A stretch of DNA of 64,000 nucleotides, taken from positions 17,324 to 81,323 of the forward strand of contig JAZAHK010000012.1 of assembly GCA_036231405.1 (NCBI GenBank). The letters run 5' to 3'. Position 1 is the stretch's first letter; every line of letters begins with the position of its first letter. This document shows, one piece after another, positions 41,636 to 50,096 of the stretch. Source of the stretch: Nitrospinota bacterium. Its GTDB lineage: Bacteria > UBA8248. The notes beneath the pieces were generated by a model, which had not been told where the DNA came from, did not search any database, and saw only the letters and a list, made by a program, of their open reading frames with translations. A program made the translations under genes and the position numbers.

Positions 41636-42474
41636 AAAAGACTTTCATTGAAACCTATATAACAAAAGCTTTAGGATTACGGAACGGAGAGGTAATTTCC
41701 GTCGTGGGTGGAGGTGGAAAGACTAGCATCATCAAAAAACTTGCAAAAGAAATGTTGGAATTCAATTCTGCTTCAATTTTAATCACAACCACCACAAACA
41801 TTTTTTTTCCTGAAAATGAACTAGAATCCTCAGTCATTTTGGGAACAGAGCAAACTATCGCGGAAATGTTGAACACTAAAGTTGAAACAAAAAATACAAT
41901 CCTTACACTTGCGAGAAAAAAAATTGGGAAAGAAATAGTCCCAAACCAAACTGACAAAAACTTAAAATATATGAAACTGAAAGGATTCAAAAAAGAAAAT
42001 ATCAAACAATTTATCAAGAATGACAGAATTATCTTGGTTGAAGCCGATGGATCGAAGGGGCTCCCTATTAAGGCTCCAAATAGCGACGAACCAGTTGTCC
42101 CTGAAGAATCAAACTATATTTTAGGTGTTATTGGATTAGACGCGATTGGCCTACCTGTCTCAAAAGAGAATGTTTTTAGACAAAAACAATTTTGTGAAGT
42201 GACTGGGATGAAAAAGAAAATGAAAGTTAGTCCTGAAAGCATCGCATCTCTAATAAGACATCCAAATGGGATTTTTCAAAACAGCCCGAAAAATGCAAAA
42301 AGAGCAATAATATTGAACAAAGCAGATTGTATTAAAAATATAGACGAAATTGAAAAAATCGCTTATATTATCAATAAATTAGCGCACTTCCCAAGAGAAC
42401 AGACGGACAGACTCGTAATAACTAGTTGTCATTCTTGGGAGTCGAGCTTAGTATATACTGGTGTTACAAAGTAA
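41632..42474 (+). CDS. yqeC: YqeC-family P-loop protein (putative selenium cofactor biosynthesis / selenium-dependent hydroxylase accessory protein)
   Basis: 280 aa. LRNGEVISVVGGGGKTS P-loop-like N-terminus and LVEADGSKGLPIKAPNSDEPVVP, the pattern I associate with YqeC. Translationally coupled to the VWA gene. Confidence 0.65.
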   Translation: MKKTFIETYITKALGLRNGEVISVVGGGGKTSIIKKLAKEMLEFNSASILITTTTNIFFPENELESSVILGTEQTIAEMLNTKVETKNTILTLARKKIGKEIVPNQTDKNLKYMKLKGFKKENIKQFIKNDRIILVEADGSKGLPIKAPNSDEPVVPEESNYILGVIGLDAIGLPVSKENVFRQKQFCEVTGMKKKMKVSPESIASLIRHPNGIFQNSPKNAKRAIILNKADCIKNIDEIEKIAYIINKLAHFPREQTDRLVITSCHSWESSLVYTGVTK

Positions 42475-42506
42475 AATTTTAGTCGTTTGATATAGGAATT
42501 GGTTTA

Positions 42507-43640
42507 ATGTCAAAAAGTATTTTCAATACGATGGAAGATCTCATACAAAAAGGTGAACCCGCGTCTATTGCTACAATAGTTAATCGTAAAGGGTCTGCAC
42601 CTATGAGTAGTGATGCAAAAATGCTTGTAAGGCAAGATGGAAGCATAGAAGGCACAGTAGGAGGAGGCTGTCTCGAGGCAGAAGTCTGGCAAGCTGCTAT
42701 GGACGTTCTAGAAAATAAAAAATCTGAAAAACTCCGATTTGACCTTACAGAGAAGGATGCGGCCGATAGCGGACATATTTGTGGTGGAATAGTTGAAATC
42801 TTCGTTGAACCTTTAGAAAGCTATACAATTGAGTTACTTACTGCAGTTAATAAGATTAGAAGAACGGGAGGGAGTGCAGCTATGGCTACCCAAATATCTC
42901 CTTCAGAAAATGCAAACAACAAACTTCTAATTCTAAAGGATGGAAGTACCGTTGGAAGCCTCTCAAAGTACGAAGCAGAAATTTGGCGTGAAAGTTCTCG
43001 GATTATGAGAGAAGGACAACCCACGACATTAGAATTTGGAAAAAATAAACTAGGTGATGGCACATCAAAAGAAGAATTACCTAGTACAGAAATTTTCATA
43101 GAACCTATAGCAATGCAACCTAAAATTTACCTCTTCGGAGGCGGTCATGTTTCCTTTTGCGTAGCGCAAACTGCACACCTTGCTGGATTTCGCACAGCGA
43201 TAGTAGAAGATAGACCGAGTTTTGCTAACAAGGAAAGATTCCCTATGGCTGAAGATTTTTATGTAGGAGAGTTTCCTGAAATCTTTAATTCTCTCGAAAT
43301 TGATGAATCTAGTTATCTAGCAATAATTACACGCGGTCATGCAAATGATGAGATAGTTTTAGAATGGGCACTTTCTACACCTGCACGTTACATAGGAATG
43401 ATAGGTTCAAAGAGTAAAGTACTTCTCACTTATCGTCACTTACAAGAAAAAGGGTTCAAGAGAAATGACCTCATAGAAAGAGTCCACGCGCCAATCGGCT
43501 TAGATATCGGTGCAGACAGCCCCGGAGAAATAGCTGTATCAATCGTTGCAGAGTTAATTAAAAATAGAAGACTAGGGCAAGAACTAGCACTAAAGTCGAT
43601 CCAGTCGAAACGAGTGCCTTTCCCAAGCGAAAAAAAATAA
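42507..43640 (+). CDS. XdhC/CoxI(CoxF)-family molybdenum-cofactor insertion chaperone
   Basis: 377 aa. XdhC_CoxI N-domain (ATIVNRKGSAPMSSDAKMLVRQDGSIEGTVGGGCLEAEV) and a Rossmann-like C-domain (IYLFGGGHVSFCVAQTAHLAGFRTAIVEDRPSFAN..ITRGHANDE..IGMIGSKSK). Confidence 0.85.
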   Translation: MSKSIFNTMEDLIQKGEPASIATIVNRKGSAPMSSDAKMLVRQDGSIEGTVGGGCLEAEVWQAAMDVLENKKSEKLRFDLTEKDAADSGHICGGIVEIFVEPLESYTIELLTAVNKIRRTGGSAAMATQISPSENANNKLLILKDGSTVGSLSKYEAEIWRESSRIMREGQPTTLEFGKNKLGDGTSKEELPSTEIFIEPIAMQPKIYLFGGGHVSFCVAQTAHLAGFRTAIVEDRPSFANKERFPMAEDFYVGEFPEIFNSLEIDESSYLAIITRGHANDEIVLEWALSTPARYIGMIGSKSKVLLTYRHLQEKGFKRNDLIERVHAPIGLDIGADSPGEIAVSIVAELIKNRRLGQELALKSIQSKRVPFPSEKK

Positions 43641-43740
43641 ATTAAGCCCAACCAAGGACATGTTCGTGCTGATAAAAGAGGACGAAATCGTCAATAAAAG
43701 TGTAGCGGTCAGTCTTCTCATAGGAAATAAATTGTGATAG

Positions 43741-44787
43741 TTACCTTGATTTAACCATTTTAGATGCAAGAACTAATGCGTCTATCATACTCATTTCACT
43801 TGCGATACCTTTCCCTGCAATTTCAAAACCTGTCCCATGTTCGACTGAAGTACGTATGATTGACAAACCTAGAGTAACATTTACAGCACGTACCATAGTT
43901 CCTTCTTTTCTTCTGAAACTAAAACCTATCATTTTTCCCGGGATATGCCCTTGGTCGTGATACATCGCTATAACTCCATCAAACACCCCGTCTCTATTCA
44001 TAGAAAAAACAACATCAGGAGAAACAGGACCTGTTACGTCCATTCCTAAAGATTTCAATTCTTTCACCGCAGGTAGAATCTCTTTAATCTCCTCAGAACC
44101 AAATAAACCCCCTTCTCCAGAATGAGGATTTAAAGCAGCAACAGCAATTCTTGGATTTTCAAAACCCATCGATTGCAAGGAGTTGAAAAATGTTTTTCCA
44201 ACAAACACAATTTGTTTTTTTTTCACTTTTTTCAAAGCATCTTTCAAACTACAGTGTGTAGAAAGATGCGCGATTTTCACTTTAGGATGACAAAACATCA
44301 TAACAGGCTTCCCACCACCAACTAAGGAAGCAAGAAATTCTGTGTGTCCAGGAAACATATATCCTGCAGAATTAAAAGCTTCTTTATGTATAGGCCCAGT
44401 AACAATTGCATCTGCGATTTTTGACCTGATTAATTCGACACCTTTCTCAATATACTTTGCAGATGCTTTTCCAAAAGAAGAACGAATTTTTCCAAACATT
44501 TTGTCATGAACTCTTACATTCTTGAGATCAATCACAGGTGTAAAATCTAAAGTTTTACCCTTAAATTGAGAAACTTTTGAAGATTTAATAGGTTTTAAAT
44601 TACAGTCAATTTTCATTTTTTGTGCATGAAACTGTAATGTTTTGAGATCACCGATAAGAATAGGGATGCAATTTTTTCGAACTCTGGTTTTAGAAAGTGC
44701 TTTCAGGCATACCTCTGGACCAACTCCTGCTGGATCACCCATAGAAATCGCTAGGACAGGGACATTCGACAAAATATACACTTTCAA
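43741..44787 (-). CDS. pdxA: PdxA-family NAD(P)-dependent 4-hydroxythreonine-4-phosphate dehydrogenase or paralog
   Basis: 348 aa. ISMGDPAGVGPEV N-terminal motif, HPHSGEGG-like NPHSGEGGLFG, YHDQGHIP, and EHGTGFEIAGKGIA. I cannot tell from the sequence whether this is the housekeeping PdxA or a sugar-acid-phosphate dehydrogenase paralog. Confidence 0.75.
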   Translation of the reverse strand: MKVYILSNVPVLAISMGDPAGVGPEVCLKALSKTRVRKNCIPILIGDLKTLQFHAQKMKIDCNLKPIKSSKVSQFKGKTLDFTPVIDLKNVRVHDKMFGKIRSSFGKASAKYIEKGVELIRSKIADAIVTGPIHKEAFNSAGYMFPGHTEFLASLVGGGKPVMMFCHPKVKIAHLSTHCSLKDALKKVKKKQIVFVGKTFFNSLQSMGFENPRIAVAALNPHSGEGGLFGSEEIKEILPAVKELKSLGMDVTGPVSPDVVFSMNRDGVFDGVIAMYHDQGHIPGKMIGFSFRRKEGTMVRAVNVTLGLSIIRTSVEHGTGFEIAGKGIASEMSMIDALVLASKMVKSR

Positions 44788-44882
44788 AAATTAAAAAATA
44801 TTTTCTATATTGACGTAAGAGAACATATAAACAAATATAATGTATCAGATTTTCAATAACAACAGAAAATAGGGAATACGAG

Positions 44883-45389
44883 ATGTCTCAAGGTGTGAGT
44901 GCTCAGAAGATCTTAAATAAAATAAAAGAATTGCAATTCAACCATGTCCTTATGATTCCGGATTCAGAGAGTCGTCTTCTCTATGAAAGTATAGAAAAAG
45001 ATACATCTATAGAATTAATAACCCCGTGTCGAGAAGGTGAATCGATAGCGATTGCCGCAGGACTTTGGACTGGTGGGGCTAGCCCTCTGGTAGTAATACA
45101 AAATACAGGTTTAATGGAAGCAGGAGATTCTCTTAGAGGATGTGGAATGGGACCACGTGTCCCGCTTAGAATGATAATTGGATGGAGAGGATATGGAAAC
45201 GCAATGTCAAATAAATTACCTATAGATTCTGCCTATACCTATACTGAACCACTTCTAAACGGTTGGGGAATCCCATATTGGCATCTGATGAATGATAGTG
45301 ATTTAGAAGCAATGGACAAAATGGATAAAACTGCTGAAGAAACTTCTATGCCGGCTGCTGTAATTACCGGGTACACATTCAAACAATAG
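44883..45389 (+). CDS. Split TPP-dependent decarboxylase, alpha (PYR-domain) subunit; sulfopyruvate/phosphonopyruvate decarboxylase family (ComD-like)
   Basis: 168 aa. Layout and motifs (CREGESIAIAAGLW.., VVIQNTGLMEAGDSL) parallel archaeal ComD as I recall it. It pairs with the following beta subunit, 16 nt away. Confidence 0.55.
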   Translation: MSQGVSAQKILNKIKELQFNHVLMIPDSESRLLYESIEKDTSIELITPCREGESIAIAAGLWTGGASPLVVIQNTGLMEAGDSLRGCGMGPRVPLRMIIGWRGYGNAMSNKLPIDSAYTYTEPLLNGWGIPYWHLMNDSDLEAMDKMDKTAEETSMPAAVITGYTFKQ

Positions 45390-45405
45390 GATAAGAAGGT
45401 CAAAG

Positions 45406-45990
45406 ATGATTGAAAGAATGGACATGCTCAAAACTATTGCAGAAAATAGAACTAACGAAGTAGTAGTTATGACTATGACCACAACCTTACAATGGCCTCT
45501 CGTTTCAGATCATGACCTTGATTTCGACTTTTTAGCCTTTGGAATGGGACATGCTGCAGATTTTGCTATGGGAATTGCACTTTCTCAACCAGAAAGAAAA
45601 ACGATTGTTTTTAAGGGTGATGGGGGGTTATTGATGAGTCTTGGCTCAATGATTACACTTTCAAAATATGCCCCAGAAAATATGCTAATCTTCCTACTTG
45701 AGAATAGATGTTACGAAATGGTAGGAGGTCAGGGATTTTCGCAGAGAGTAGATTTTGAAAAAATAGCTAGTGGATCTGGTTTTGAGGGAGGAGGAAGAAC
45801 AGGAAAAGGTAAAATTGAAAAGATTGACAATCTCCAGGTTTTACAGGACTCTCTTCCAAGACTACTTTCAGAACCAGGCCCTCATTTCGTTATAGTTCCT
45901 GTAAAAAATAGTGAAAAACTGCCTCCTGTAAATCATTCTGATCATGCAGAAAGAATCATTAAGCTTAGAACTAATCTACTCCAGAAGTAA
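45406..45990 (+). CDS. Split TPP-dependent decarboxylase, beta (PP-domain) subunit (ComE-like)
   Basis: 194 aa. Thiamine-diphosphate binding motif GDGGLLMSLGSMITLSKYAPENMLIFLLENRCYE (GDG-x24-EN). Confidence 0.6.
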   Translation: MIERMDMLKTIAENRTNEVVVMTMTTTLQWPLVSDHDLDFDFLAFGMGHAADFAMGIALSQPERKTIVFKGDGGLLMSLGSMITLSKYAPENMLIFLLENRCYEMVGGQGFSQRVDFEKIASGSGFEGGGRTGKGKIEKIDNLQVLQDSLPRLLSEPGPHFVIVPVKNSEKLPPVNHSDHAERIIKLRTNLLQK

Positions 45991-46962
45991 TTATGGAGAA
46001 AGAACAACCTTCCCCACGAATTTCCCACTTAAAACAAGTTCATGTGATTCGTTAGATTCTTCTAGTCTCATTTCTTTTCCAATATGTGGTCTTATCTTTC
46101 CAGATGAAAGAACGGATGAAATTCTAGCCATTGCCTCTGGAAGATGAGGGGTGAGATTTCCAGAGGAAACACCATAGATTCTAACATCACGCCTACTAGC
46201 AGCTCTTATAGAAAATTCCACAGGGAAATCTTTTCCCGTTCCAGTTCCGACCATAACTATCCGGCCGTCTAATCCATACAGTTCTAAATCGTCCTTCAAA
46301 TTATCACACGCAGCGGTCTCAACGACAATATCAACCCCTTGCCCATTTGTTAATTCCATAACTTTATCTACCACGTTCTCCACTCTATAGTTTATTGTTG
46401 CATCGGCACCCAACTGAAAACAAAAATCAGATTTCTCACTAGAACTTACGGTAGCAAGAACACGACAGCCCAACATACATGCAAGTTGAATCGACAAATG
46501 TCCTACTCCACCTGCACCTCCTTGTACCAAAACCACGTCCCCAGGTTTTGCTTCTCCCTTTAACACTAAAGCATTCCAAGCAGTTAAGAGAGGTATAGCC
46601 AAAGATGCACCTTCTGAAAAAGTATAATTTTCAGGAAGTTTTCCTAACAGTGGAGGGCTTAAAACAGCATATTCTGCATAAGCTCCTTGAGAACGACCCC
46701 AAACCCTGTCACCAGGTTTAAAATTTTCTATATCCTTTCCAACTGAATCAACTGTTCCTGAGAGATCACTACCACATACATAAGGGAACTTCATTTGTGC
46801 TGCACGTGGATGATCTCCCGAACGAATTGCAATTTCAAGAGGATTGACACCTATGGCCTCTATTTTAACTAAAACTTCCCCGTCTCCTGGAGAAGGTGTA
46901 GGAATTTCGTCTATGACCATTGGGGTATCTAGCCCAAATTCATTAACCATGACCGCCTTCAT
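45991..46962 (-). CDS. MDR-family NADPH:quinone oxidoreductase-like protein (paralog 1)
   Basis: 323 aa. Zeta-crystallin/QOR pattern GVNPLEIAIRSG and cofactor motif VLVQGGAGGVGHLSIQLA. Lacks the zinc-ligand Cys pattern of classical ADHs. Confidence 0.8.
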   Translation of the reverse strand: MKAVMVNEFGLDTPMVIDEIPTPSPGDGEVLVKIEAIGVNPLEIAIRSGDHPRAAQMKFPYVCGSDLSGTVDSVGKDIENFKPGDRVWGRSQGAYAEYAVLSPPLLGKLPENYTFSEGASLAIPLLTAWNALVLKGEAKPGDVVLVQGGAGGVGHLSIQLACMLGCRVLATVSSSEKSDFCFQLGADATINYRVENVVDKVMELTNGQGVDIVVETAACDNLKDDLELYGLDGRIVMVGTGTGKDFPVEFSIRAASRRDVRIYGVSSGNLTPHLPEAMARISSVLSSGKIRPHIGKEMRLEESNESHELVLSGKFVGKVVLSP

Positions 46963-47019
46963 AAAAACACTCCTATAATTTTAATTTGATATTATAAACT
47001 TCATTTAATAACCCATACG

Positions 47020-48033
47020 TTAACTAAAAGATGTTCCTAAAAATATTTCCAAAATTATTAAAGGAACAAGGATAACTTTCCCTAAAAACTTTCCTTCAAG
47101 AATATATTCATGGGACTCATTGGCTTCATCAAATTTAAAAACTTTATCTATATTCAAAGAAAGAGAACCCTCTTCCAAAAGAATAGAAAAACGTCTTATT
47201 AATTCAGGCATTTTTGGAAATAAGTTAATAACTGCCAACCCATGAATATGAACATCTTTCGTCATTACTGCAGGAACACGGAATTCAGTTTCAGGGCCTT
47301 TTCCTGTTCCTGTACCAACAATAATAATTTGTCCATCAACACAAACTGCGTCGATGTCCTTATCAAAATTGTCACATGCACACAATTCAACAATCGTATT
47401 CACACCTTTGCCACTTGTAATATCCAGACTTCTTGAAACGAAATCCTCTTCTTTATAATTTATCGTAAAATCTGCCCCTATAGATTTACAAAACTCTGAT
47501 TTTTCTTGAGAACTAACCGTCGTGATTACGACACACCCGAGTCTCTTTGCTAATTGAATTGCAGCAGAACCTACACCACCTGCGCCTCCTTGAATAAGTA
47601 CAAATTCACCAGGTCGAACTTGAGCTTTGATAACCAACGCATTCCAAGCTGTATAGAAAGCAACAGTCATAGAAGCTCCTTGTTCAAAGGAACATGAGGA
47701 TGGAAGAACAGCCGAAGCTTTTGCGTCTAAACGAACAAATTCACAGTATGCACCATCTATCGCTCGACCATAAACTCTTTGTCCTGGGGAGAAGTTACTT
47801 ACCCCATGACCTAGTTTTACAATTTCGCCAGAAGCCTCTGCGCCTGGGATATAAGGTGGCTTCACAAGTTTTGCATATGGATGGTTTGCTGCACGGATAG
47901 CAATATCAACTGGATTAAGACCCACTGCTTGCACTTTAACGAGTATCTCTTCATCTTTGGGTTCAGGAGTGTCTATCTCATCAACTCTCATAGGTGAGTT
48001 TAGATCAAAATCGTGAACTCGAACGGCTCTCAT
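47020..48033 (-). CDS. MDR-family NADPH:quinone oxidoreductase-like protein (paralog 2)
   Basis: 337 aa. GLNPVDIAIRA and VLIQGGAGGVGSAAIQLA. Clearly alignable by eye with paralogs 1 and 3 along the whole length. Confidence 0.8.
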   Translation of the reverse strand: MRAVRVHDFDLNSPMRVDEIDTPEPKDEEILVKVQAVGLNPVDIAIRAANHPYAKLVKPPYIPGAEASGEIVKLGHGVSNFSPGQRVYGRAIDGAYCEFVRLDAKASAVLPSSCSFEQGASMTVAFYTAWNALVIKAQVRPGEFVLIQGGAGGVGSAAIQLAKRLGCVVITTVSSQEKSEFCKSIGADFTINYKEEDFVSRSLDITSGKGVNTIVELCACDNFDKDIDAVCVDGQIIIVGTGTGKGPETEFRVPAVMTKDVHIHGLAVINLFPKMPELIRRFSILLEEGSLSLNIDKVFKFDEANESHEYILEGKFLGKVILVPLIILEIFLGTSFS

Positions 48034-48155
48034 TTCGTCTCCTATATTTTGATAAATAGAAAAATCTTTTATTTTGATTGTTCATTATTGTATTCTAAAA
48101 CGAACTGTTAGACTAGATCTTAAGATGAGAAACGCGGCTTTCATAGGAGAACGAA

Positions 48156-49463
48156 TTGCGATTCAAACTTCCCGACAAAGTTATGTATGTCATAAAAACA
48201 ATTAAGGGACAAGGGTTTGATTGTTATTTAGCTGGCGGAACTATTCGAGATCTAATTTTAGGCGATGAACCAAAAGATTGGGATCTTGCAACAAACATTC
48301 ATCGAAAAGAACTCTCAAAATTGTTTCAAAATCAACTAAGTATCAAATCAGATTACCACGTTTCAAAACTAATTTTCGATGACACAGAATTACAAATTGC
48401 AGAGTTTAGAAATGAAGGAGGTTATAAAGACGGTCGTCATCCAGATTTTATTGAAACTGGAGTAACACTTGAAGAAGATGCAAAGAGAAGAGATTTTACA
48501 GTCAATGCAATTTACTATGACCCTATCAAATCAAAAATTTTTGATCATGTGGATGGAATGATTGATATAAAGAAGAAACAGATAAGAACAATAGGGGAAC
48601 CTTCAACTCGATTTTCAGAAGATCATCTAAGAATTCTCAGAGCTATACGTCTGGCTGGAAAACTAAATTTTAAAATTGAGAAAAAGACTTTCAGTGGCAT
48701 TGTCAGCACTTCCAGTTTAACAAAAAAAATTGCAGGAGAAAGAATAACATCTGAAATTTCTTCCATGCTCTTATCAAAAAACACTTTTCATACAATAGAA
48801 CTTTTAGCAAAATCAAAAATTTTGCATCTTTTATTCTCTAGAGATTTAAGTCTGCCAGAATTCAATGAAAAAATTCTAAAAGACTTCAAACATACGAAGA
48901 AAATATTTCAATCGATTTTCACAACTTCATTGCCAGTTTTATGGGCTATTTTTTTAAGAAGTCTATATACCAATCATAATGATAGAAAAGGATCTTCAAA
49001 AATTAGCCCAGATAGTGAGCAAATATGTGACGAAATTTCAAACCTTTTGAAATTAAGGTTGAAGTTTAATAATACCAAGAAAAATCATATTTTAGCTATT
49101 TTTCAGAATCAAGATGCTATTACAAACTCAAACAGGAAGGAAAGCAAAATCTGGAAAAGGACCTTAAGAAAGCCGTTTTTCAAAGAATCTTTAGAGTTCT
49201 ACGGAATTATGCGTACATCTAATAGAAAGGATTTGGAAATATTTGATTTTTGGCAAGAAAAATTAGCAAATACGACACCATCCGAATTTAACCCTAAAAA
49301 GCTTATTAAAGGAAATGACTTGATCAAGTTAGGATTCAAAGAAGGTCCAGAACTACATAAAATCCTTAATGTAATAGAAGAAGAGCAATTAGAAAATAAA
49401 ATAAAAAATAAGGAAGATGCAATAGAGTTCATAGTAAGAAAATTCAAAAAATCAATAAATTAA
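48156..49463 (+). CDS. tRNA nucleotidyltransferase (CCA-adding) / poly(A) polymerase family protein
   Basis: 435 aa. TTG start with GGAG 6 nt upstream. Nucleotidyltransferase head motif YLAGGTIRDLILGDEPKDWDLAT, RRDFTVNAIYYD, and EDHLRILRAIRLA. Confidence 0.8.
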   Translation: MRFKLPDKVMYVIKTIKGQGFDCYLAGGTIRDLILGDEPKDWDLATNIHRKELSKLFQNQLSIKSDYHVSKLIFDDTELQIAEFRNEGGYKDGRHPDFIETGVTLEEDAKRRDFTVNAIYYDPIKSKIFDHVDGMIDIKKKQIRTIGEPSTRFSEDHLRILRAIRLAGKLNFKIEKKTFSGIVSTSSLTKKIAGERITSEISSMLLSKNTFHTIELLAKSKILHLLFSRDLSLPEFNEKILKDFKHTKKIFQSIFTTSLPVLWAIFLRSLYTNHNDRKGSSKISPDSEQICDEISNLLKLRLKFNNTKKNHILAIFQNQDAITNSNRKESKIWKRTLRKPFFKESLEFYGIMRTSNRKDLEIFDFWQEKLANTTPSEFNPKKLIKGNDLIKLGFKEGPELHKILNVIEEEQLENKIKNKEDAIEFIVRKFKKSIN

Positions 49464-49490
49464 AGATGGATTTTTGGAGGCAAACTTAGT

Positions 49491-50045
49491 TTGAGAGATA
49501 TGAGCAAATACAACCTTCTTGTAAACGAAGAAGGTCTCATGAAAATTATAAAAAAGATTGCATCAGAAATAGAGAGTTCAATTCTTAAAGAAGAACAAAT
49601 AGCAATCATTGGCATAAAAACACGCGGAGAACCCTTAGCATATCGTATAAAAAAAATCATAAACAAAATAAATCCCAGAAGAGAAATTTTACTAGGGTAT
49701 ATTGACATAGGAGAACATCGTGACGATTTCACTAAATTTAGTCCTATACCACCTTCTAGAGACACAAGAATTGATTTTGATATACAGGGGAAATCTTTGT
49801 TTTTGATTGACGATGTTTTTAATACTGCCAGAACTACAAGAGCAGCAATCGATACTATTTTAGAATATGGGAGACCTTCAAGAATATGGTTAACTGTTCT
49901 AATTGACAGAGGGCACCGCGAGTTACCATTCATTCCAGACATAACTGGGAAAAATATACCTACAGCGAAAGATGAACACATATTTGTTCGTCTAAAAGAA
50001 ACAGACAATCAAGATGGAATATGGTTACAAAAAAGCGAAAATTAA
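49491..50045 (+). CDS. Second PyrR-family protein (PyrR/uracil phosphoribosyltransferase paralog)
   Basis: 184 aa. Collinear with PyrR at 28561-29091 (AIIGIKTRGEPLAYRI, LGYIDIG..RDD, PRPP loop LFLIDDVFNTARTTRAAI, LTVLIDRGHRELPFIPDITGKN). Lies 27 nt downstream of the cca-like gene. The minus-strand ORF 49460-50008 is its shadow. Confidence 0.75.
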   Translation: MRDMSKYNLLVNEEGLMKIIKKIASEIESSILKEEQIAIIGIKTRGEPLAYRIKKIINKINPRREILLGYIDIGEHRDDFTKFSPIPPSRDTRIDFDIQGKSLFLIDDVFNTARTTRAAIDTILEYGRPSRIWLTVLIDRGHRELPFIPDITGKNIPTAKDEHIFVRLKETDNQDGIWLQKSEN

Positions 50046-50048
50046 AAC

Positions 50049-50088
50049 AAGCTCCCCGTGAAGAAAAATCATCCCTTACGAAGAGCTT
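50049..50088. terminator. Possible bidirectional terminator hairpin between convergent genes
   Basis: AAGCUC..CGUGAAG-loop-CUUACG..GAGCUU, an imperfect 12-bp stem with a bulge, between the pyrR paralog stop (50045) and the hydrolase stop (50097). The flanking U tracts are weak. Confidence 0.3.
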
Positions 50089-50096
50089 TCTAAAAA

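Noticed and set aside
49460-50008. 182-aa minus-strand ORF covering almost all of the second pyrR paralog
   Set aside because: The plus-strand frame has clear PyrR/PRTase motifs along its whole length. The antisense frame has no recognisable motifs and a composition typical of a shadow ORF in AT-rich DNA.
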